DNA from: Perna viridis
Taxonomy: Eukaryota
Assembly (NCBI GenBank): GCA_037379345.1
Contig: CM074520.1
Coordinates: 37,358,664-37,422,663 of the forward strand
Length of the DNA: 64,000 bases
Direction: 5' to 3'
The notes beneath the pieces were generated by a model that saw only the letters and a program-made list of their open reading frames with translations, was not told where the DNA came from and ran no database searches. Shown here one piece after another: positions 55,551 through 64,000 of the stretch (position 1 is its first letter; each line of letters begins with the position of its first letter). The translations under genes and the position numbers were made by a program.

Positions 55551-55704
55551 CAGAGTTGAAAATAGTAGCCTGCCCTTGGGCCCAAGACTGGCTATTTTTT
55601 TGGCAGGGTTGGCTAATTTGGGCAAAAATTAATACAGCCCATAGTAAATATATTGAAAAAATGTATTCAGGACTGGCTAGATTTTGAGTGAGTTTTCTAC
55701 CCTG
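55551..55704 (-). mobile_element. CAG-ended MITE, inverted copy of 4723-4880
   Basis: cagagttgaaaatagtagcc ... ttttctaccctg; flanks cattaac/cattaat. Confidence 0.7.
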
Positions 55705-55747
55705 CATTAATACTCACTACCATGTAAAAGTACATATGAAAACTTAC

Positions 55748-55859
55748 CCTCCTTGGAGGAGGAAACATAGGAAATGGCAACGCCTTTTCTTTGCTTTGCT
55801 CTTTCAATTTGGCTCTTTCCCTCTGAGCCTTTTCTCTTTCTCTCATCAAATCTGTGTGG
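55748..55859 (-). CDS. AFF4: AFF4/lilli exon 2, HTDLMREREKAQRERAKLKEQSKEKALPFPMFPPPRR
   Basis: cacttag| acceptor, |gtaagt donor, 112 nt, phase 2 to 0. Resembles the AFF N-terminus (LRMKERERRNQE...PLFAEPYK). Confidence 0.88.
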
Positions 55860-58800
55860 CTAAGTGATATAGCAAAAATTATTTAGTCAGTATGTTTTTC
55901 ACATGTAACAACATTATACAAAATAGTTGAGTTTGGGTATGATTTAAACTAACACATGTAATAAGACAATATTAGGTTTCCACAGAGAAAGGTTAAAAAT
56001 AAAACTAACTTCTACTAAGGATGAAAAGATCCAATGCTAAATGTATCACAATACCTTTGGTCACAATACGATACTATACAAGTCAAAATACAACATTTGT
56101 TCAAATAACTGATAAAATTAATCTGCAAATAGTTAAGTAGGGCATGTCTTGTGAGGAAAAATCCATTTACGATGAAAGTTATAAACTAAAAGAATGAAAC
56201 CTGACTTCCAACAAAATTCATCATTTTTAAGAAAGCAGATAGGACAACATGCTGTTGTGTTTCATCTCGAAATGTGTAGCATGATCACCATGACCTTTGT
56301 ATCAGATATGTTTTTTAACTTCAGGTATGTGCATTGTTACAGTGCTAACTTCCAACATTCAATATCTGCTAAATTTCCAAACTTAACAAACCCTTCCAGA
56401 AATTAAAGTTTTCTGCTTCCCATAGAGGACACCAAATTGATGCCTTGAGTTCGCTGAAGTCACAATTGTCACAAATTATTCATGAAAACTGTCCTATACA
56501 TTGTACATGTACATGTAAGAAAAATGTAAACACTAACTATTATTGTAGATTGTGTGCATACAAGTCTTTAGAATGGATTATGCATAAGCAGGAGGTACTA
56601 CGCAGAATTGAATAACAGGCTCAACTATGAATTCTTGTAAATATACATGTACCAGTATTTAAATTCATACCACTCAAATACAGGACAAATGGTAATTTTG
56701 ATCTTTTTTTTTTGTCTGTAAAAGAAGCAATCTTCATGAAATGTTTTTGGTCTGACAGACTTACACTCAGATTGGAAACAATTCAATTAACACCTGTACT
56801 GAAGTCAAACACTGTTTCTGGTCTTAGCACATTTGATATGTAGGTCACAATAATTATAAGTCTTAATACATGTAAAATCAGTGCCAAAATGGGACTTAAC
56901 ATGAAATACATATGGGGGAATGTAAAGCTCAAAATCTTACAAGGAAAAGTATGAAGAGCACAAAATCATGGTCAACCAAGTTTTCCCACTCTTAATGCAC
57001 TTGTTAGAAAATGTACTCTATCAATTTTTTTATTTAACGAAAGTTGCTTTTGGTCCAGTATTTCTTGGATAGCTGGTTGATTGCAGTCAGGGTGAAATGT
57101 GTCAGAACATATGCAATATTTACATGGTCCAGCAGAAATTTTCACATTTCCGTGTTGAACATACATGTACAGTTGTATCTAGAAAATGTCAAAATATGAC
57201 AATCAATCAGATGGTCAAAAATCTATTTTCACAAATCTGGGAATGAATGTCGGCTGGGGGAGTAGCAATACATATTTCTCTCAAATGATACACATTGTGA
57301 TATTGGATATGCTTGGCGGTACGTATCACAATACCTTTTAAGAGACATGTGCCTTCATGGGTGCTGGCTGCTGCCTTGTTTTATTAAACAAAGCCACTCA
57401 TGCACAAGAGGAAATAAAAAGTAAGAATTTTATCCAACATTCCATTTGAAATAGAACATTAAAGCAATATTTTTTTGTTCTTGGCGGCTATAAAATGTTA
57501 ACTATAACACTAATGCTAATAAATTCATTTGAAAATAGTATCGTATCATTTGTATTGTAAGGGGCCATGACGTACCCCAAACCAAACTGTCCCAAAAAAT
57601 ACCATGATTTTGGTACATACGTGTACATTGAAACCCTTACCCCTTAATGTCCGCTTCTCTCTAGAAGTATTTTTCAAAGAATTACATATACATGTATATT
57701 ATACAAATATATGATCATAAGTAAGACAATGCAATAACTCCTAACCTGACAAGACAGGTCCTCAGGGGAACCATTTTCTTTAGTAAATATACATATTTCT
57801 TTTTGCCTTTAGGAAATTTTAAAGCTTTTTCCTTTTTCAATGAATGAAATGATCACTTAAAGACTGGGTTACTATATTTTCATGCTCTTTAAAAATTTAT
57901 ACATCATCTGTCACAAGACCTTGACCGGAGTAAAAAAAAAACTAAAAGATACAGGGGTACTGACAAAAAAAAACACATACATCATTTAAGAGAACTAAAA
58001 AAACATCATCAGGGTACACATTTTACAGTATTCGTTCTACAATCAAAATATTTTTCACTTGACTACAAGTTAAACTAATAACAGCCATTTTGCAATAAAA
58101 AGACAGTTAAGGCTATTATAATATTTGATATTCTTCTAAATGACAGAAGGCACATTGGAAGGGAACGGAGTTCAGCTACATGCAAGTCTGAAACCCCTTT
58201 TTCAGTCTAGTTGAGTTTGGGACACTACAAGGAATCAATAATACACATGTACAAATGTACTTGCAACATAAGCTATGTTGCATGTGGATTAAATATGTAC
58301 AATATTTATGCACACATGTACAATTAGATACAAGAAAAGAGAAAAATATAGTTTGATAACTTTGTATAATTTTAAAGTCACTTTTTCTACATGTGTTTTA
58401 CACTGTATGAAATGGTTATTTGTTTATTTACTTAATACACAAAAATTAGACATGAGTTTAGAAAGTCAACAAATGAATTTGAAATTGATCAAATCAAAAG
58501 TAAACTTCCTGTAAAAAAATGAAATGGGATAATCTGGACTTGTGAAAATGTGGAATTCCATTTAAAAGCAGAAGAAAATCATGTCTGTGAAATATTGTTT
58601 ATCTAGCCCACTGTACAAATATTCATACATCATGTATGAACAAATGTAATTAAGACATATATATATGGCAGTTTTGCACTTGGTTGATCACTTCTCTAAT
58701 GTTGTTCAGTACAACAGCAAATACTTTAACCTTGTGATTATTTACATGTACAATCCTTATTTGGCACATATCCCAGATTCAAGCTACAGTGTACATCTAC

Positions 58801-59193
58801 AACATTCCAGAAGTAAAATCCAACAATTCCAAGAAATGCTAGGAATCTTCCATTTACTTTAATCAGCTTTGGTCATACTAAGTGTCTGTTTATAAAAGAG
58901 TTCTGTATGTGTGCTGATACATGTGACCCTACCAACAAAGGTGACTGAACTTTTCTTGATAAAATAAAAATTCAGTATTTCATCCTGTGACCTCTTCATT
59001 ACAATGTTGTGTAGGATTTACTATGAAATTCATGTTCAAGTGATTCAAAATTCCCTCTGTTTATTGAAAATTTTGTTGGACTTCCCCCCATTTTTAATGT
59101 AAATACACCACCGATCAGAAAAAGGGTTTGCACAACCATGACTATTCTAAAAATAGACATTGTCCGTGTTTAGGTGACGATTTTTCTACATAC

Positions 59194-59210
59194 CTAGATC
59201 TGAGTGCCAT
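59194..59210 (-). CDS. AFF4: AF4/FMR2-family (AFF4/lilli) coding exon 1, MALRS(S)
   Basis: ATGGCACTCAGATCTAG|gtatgt on the minus strand. The 17 nt end in phase 2 and join exon 2 as AG|C (Ser). Lies at the edge of the CpG-rich region. Confidence 0.7.
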
Positions 59211-62200
59211 TCTCAGCCCCAGATTTAATTACGTATGTCCATCAATTTCGACAAATAGTAAAGAACATTTGTGACATATCGTTTCACGACTGTGAAACAT
59301 TGTCCCAGATTGATTGCATCGTCTACATTTTTCACAGTTTGTTCACGGTTTATCAAAGTAACATAAAATAAACAACAAAGTTCATAAAATAGATACATCC
59401 ATGGATATATAAACATCCATTAGAAACAAATTGATCAATTTTTCGATGAGTTAAGACCACTAAACTTTACATATTCCCAAAGTCTATGCACTTTCCACCA
59501 TTTTAGACTATTTACAGTACATGAAAATTCATCCGCGCTGTCAACAACCAGTAATTTTGAAAATTTGCAATAATATATCATGTCTTTTTATTTTTAAGTA
59601 ATATCTTCAATTTCCTCAGGAATTTTTATTGGTGATTTTCACCGAACATCACGTTAGAGCAAAAATCATAAGATCGGAAGCTTACAGAAGTAAAAAGTAA
59701 GGTGAAGGTCAGACATCATGTGACCAAATTTGGACGACTTATTTTCAGTGGCGCGATTTTCGAGTACTTTTGAATAGCGATGAAATGAAAGCGTAAATCA
59801 AGAATCGAGCAATAATCAAAATAATATATAATCAAGGATAACGATAAGACTGGGAAAATAAAATCATACAACAAAGAACATAAAATAACAAAAATAAAAA
59901 GTACAAAGAAACAAAAGTAAATGAACAACCCGGACTCACGAATAAAAACTCAGGAGATTGATGTAAGACTTTTAAGTCTTGTTTCTGAATCCGGTAATTA
60001 ATTTGCTATTTTCGTATCATTCTACTGTTTTGGCTTGATGTTAAAATATGCAAATATTTAATCAAATATGTTTTAACTAAAAACTAGGCGTATGGACCAG
60101 GTGCACCGCAGGGGTAAGCGTCTTCTGTTTTTCTAGATACCACCATCAAGTTGTTCATTAAATGTTACGTCCGGGGTAGACAAAAAGGGAAATGAAAACT
60201 ATGATAAGGTGAACAAATCAGTTTTCACTGTGCAGATGGATTATACGCAATATCCAAGATTGCAGACAAAAAATCGACACTGGTGAATGAACCGGGACCC
60301 TAAATTTTCCGGCAAATTATTCTGTATATATATGTATTTTTTTTAAATGCAACTTAACGCGATACATTATTTAAATATTGATAGATCTTGATCCTTACAA
60401 TTTTTATTTCCCTCACTGCTCCCTTGAAACCGTCGTAGTAGGGGAACATATTGGTTTTGTTCCAACATTTATCATTCTTCTATGCTGTATACTTTTGTCC
60501 ACATATCTTCTCAAAAACGGATAAGCCGATTATACAATCAAACTTGGCACCATAAAAAGGTTACAATATGTCGATGTGCTATCACTATCTAAATTTTCAA
60601 ACATGGTCACCATTTAAAGACGAAAAAAAGGCGGGAAAAGTTGTTAAGCTTGATAAATGTCTAAAATTATGTCACCATAAGGGTTTCCGGTCGGCCATAT
60701 TGATATGTATTTTTTTAATTCCACCATTGCCAGATAGCCGGGCACCGGTAATTTTTTTTATAAAAGTAAATAAAAGTAATAATAATAATAAATCATACAT
60801 CGGTAGAAACTGATTTTTTAACTCCTGTGACAATAGGATTGTTTGGGGGAACATCCGTGTTTGATGACCAACGCAATTAATACCAGTAGATATTTGTCAC
60901 TAACTATAAAACGTCGGAATTAACAACTAGCGCTAAGCACGCACTATCCAATCAAGTATCACCATTTACCATATAGAAATTGTGTAGTAATAAATTTTAA
61001 TTCATGTTGGTCATTGCCTAAGCGCTTTATTATAGGACTCAAAGGATTGTTTTTTTTTTTACATGTTAGCCAGTTAGAGATATTTCAAGCTGGATTGAAA
61101 ATGAATTCTGTTAAATTAACCTGTGTTTTATTGTACATCAGCAGTGGCCAGGGATAAAGGCTATTTGACAGGGAAAACAGACACACTCAACAAAAAACCA
61201 GACATAACTAAAATAACATTTCATAGAAACAAAAGTAAACGATCAACTCGGACTCCATTAAAACCTTTGAATATGGACAAGGTGTATCGGAAGGGTAAGC
61301 TTCTCTGCTTTTCTAGAAACACCCGCCAAGCTGTCCAAGTGAAGCCTGGGATAAACGAAAGAGGAAAAGTATACTACTCATATCAGATAACTAACTCAGA
61401 TTTGTTGTGATTTAAATAAGTTTTTTTCTGGGATAAAATATAGATCTTATAAGATATGGAAATATATAAGCAATGTTAAAAATATTAGGATTTCAAAATT
61501 AAAAATATAAAATCCAGCATAACTGGTAATAATTGGCAGTTTATATTGTTTAAGGAATGTGTCATATTTTTTAACAGGCTTTAATACGAAATAACATGAA
61601 AATTTTAGACATTTCGTAATCACAAATTCCTAACAAACTCAAATCAGAATATTAAGCATTGGTTTTTAATCAAAACGCTATTAATTAAGAATTATTTGGA
61701 TAGTGGCATGCGAATCAATCGACGTCAATGAAACCTTGTTATACAAAGAGACCTACAATTACAGGTATATGTTCAAAGAGAACCACCAATCAGAAATTGA
61801 ACTTGTTACAATTCAGATAAAGTTGAGAATACCTCACGGGGAAAAACATAAATGAACAGCCCGTGGTAAAACGGTGATAAAATGGTGTTTCCGTAATTTA
61901 TTTCTTAATTAAGTAGTATAGCGGGCGAACCGCCTCCAAATTATTAGTGGTGCATGACTTTAATGTTATTGTTTTATATCAGCAACCTTAATCTGTGCAA
62001 AACTATACCTTAAACCTCAATTTCATAGTGGATCCAGGATTTCAGGTTAAAAGGTGTCAATAGAATTAAAGGCCTAACAGGCAAAGCAAAAATATGTTTG
62101 GTTGAAGAGATTGTGAAAATCAAGATGTCATGCAAAAAAAATAGAGATGGACGTGAGCCGGGTATGAATCCGTGCTTGTACTGAATTTGTCAATGGTTCT

Positions 62201-62426
62201 TTTTAATTTAGACTACCGGTGAATTCTAATAAATAGCCTTTCGTGATTGGGGACACGTAGACATCATAAATTTACGGTACAAAGGGAAGTGACTGAATGA
62301 ATTATTTTTTTGACAGTTGGCGGGAAATTCATTAGTCGTCACGGTTACCTCCCGTTCACCATTTTTCGGAACTTGGACGTTCCCCACGCCGAAAACCTTC
62401 CCATAATGCACCATTCTGCTTCAAAA
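59211..62426. promoter_or_regulatory. Divergent promoter and 5'UTR interval between the two genes
   Basis: CpG visibly frequent compared with the gene body. E-box TCATGTGAC at 59716-59724 and E2F-like TTGGCGGGAAA at 62317-62327. TSS positions cannot be determined from sequence. Confidence 0.6.
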
Positions 62427-62461
62427 ATGGAGTCGAAATATGAAGTTGGCGATTTAGTCTG
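62427..62461 (+). CDS. GLYR1: PWWP-domain gene exon 1, MESKYEVGDLV(W); probably GLYR1/N-PAC/NDF
   Basis: aaaaATGG start context, 35 nt, TG|gtttgt donor. GDLVW is the start of a PWWP domain. Confidence 0.7.
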
Positions 62462-62557
62462 GTTTGTATTTCTGCAATAATGATAGTCAGTCTACTTTAA
62501 ATGACAATATAATAATTGCAATAGCAAATGTTACGTATATTTTTCATATTTTTCTAG

Positions 62558-62594
62558 GGCAAAAATGAAAGGATTCCCGGCTTGGCCAGGAAAG
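62558..62594 (+). CDS. GLYR1: PWWP-domain gene exon 2, (W)AKMKGFPAWPGK
   Basis: tttctag| to |gtgagt, 37 nt. WAKMKGFPAWPGK is a PWWP core. VW...WPGK at the extreme N-terminus favours GLYR1 over HDGF/PSIP1-type (VF...WPAR). The rest of the gene appears to lie beyond the window. Confidence 0.72.
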
Positions 62595-64000
62595 GTGAGT
62601 TACACTTGGCACCGCTGTTGACCGGCATGTCAACAAACCAGACAAAAGAGAAAGAAAGACCGAACAGATACATATTTCTCATGTCTATATGGTGTTTGGT
62701 TTGTCAGTCAACGATTAGGCGAAGTAGCTATGCATAATTAATTTACTGGAGCAGTTAAACTGGCTGTAGAAGTGTCAGTAATAGAGTTCATACAGAGTTA
62801 TCCCCCATTATTAATAGCAAATAACAAGGTTGTTGCTATTTTTGTTTTTGTAAGGTTACATTGTACTTTCTATATTCAATACCTAACACACCAAAGCTTT
62901 TACAAATAATAAACAAAAACATTTGAACAAATGTACATTGAAACTGGAGGAAATGATAACAGGGTCATCTTACAAATGTACTGGTCAATAAGTAGTTCTA
63001 CAGACTACATGTAGCAAACAACTAATTTTTGCCAACCTATTTTTCATCCTCTTCTGTGATACAAGTTCATACCAAATATTTCCAAAAATGTGTCTTAATA
63101 GGTTGCTTGTATTTTGCTCTAAAAAAAATGCTATCATTTATTGATTTTTATAGAGGATTAAAATTGGTGAGAATTGCTTCTGTCTTGAAAACGGTGAGAT
63201 CTATTCTTTGACCAGAACTTGGAACCAATGCCAGCAGGGCATATGTTTCCAACATCACATGCATCATAATGAAAGTAGAACAAGACTCAATTCAGTTTTA
63301 TTTTAAATGCTAATGAAAAATCATTTGCTGAAAGTTTTTTCCTCTATTTTTAAAATTTGTTGATAAAAAGTGATGGTAAAAAGTAATCAAAGTACTTTGA
63401 TCTTCAGTTTAAAATTATAAAGAGTTGAAATAATTACTTATTCATACATACATACATTTCATTGGAGCATATCCAGAATCATCACTTTTTTCTCAAGTTG
63501 ACAAAACATGGTTTAATATAAATTAGCTATCATTGCTGTTTCATGGATTTATGGAACTTAACACATGAAAGTACAATATCTCAACTTGAGTTGGGCATTT
63601 TTAAATATTAAATCCTTCAACTGTAACACTATTTTGCATGAAAGTCATAATGGGGTCGACATCCTGTCCAGCTTTAAACATGTAGATTTTGATAATTTGG
63701 TTTCTTATCAAAATTGGTTTAGAACCACAATAAATTAGTACCAGAAGAATTTTCGGAATGTACATTTTGTATTCAAGATTAAATTTTCACAGCCTTTTTC
63801 TTATTACTATGAGACCGGTAAAACCTGAAAACTCTAAATGACTACTTGGTCAACAGTTTCACATATTCTGTTGTGATACCATGATTTTCATGCATTGTAG
63901 ACCTCTTTTGCGCTGTGTTGCAGAAATTATTTGGCCATAGTGCTTCAGTTCCATAATTTATATTTTACTATTTTTGGATTTTTCTATCATTAAGCTCCCT

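Overview
AT-rich eukaryotic (animal) genomic DNA; the repeat content suggests a bivalve mollusc (inference). About 59 kb is the 5' part of one minus-strand gene of the AF4/FMR2 family (AFF4/lilliputian, the super elongation complex scaffold). I rebuilt it by hand as 11 coding exon positions with GT-AG boundaries and consistent phases from the ATG at 59210 to the window edge at position 1. It includes a 26.9-kb intron and a pair of apparently mutually exclusive 31-nt/25-nt microexons. A PWWP-domain gene, probably GLYR1/N-PAC/NDF, starts head-to-head on the plus strand at 62427 across a CpG-rich interval of about 3.2 kb. The introns hold many MITEs, two inverted full-length copies of a ~520-bp non-LTR retroposon with target-site duplications (TSDs), and several minisatellites. 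Most ORFs in the supplied track are repeat artefacts. There are no prokaryotic features or CRISPR arrays. All alignments and counts were done by eye, and family assignments rest on recalled motifs rather than database searches.
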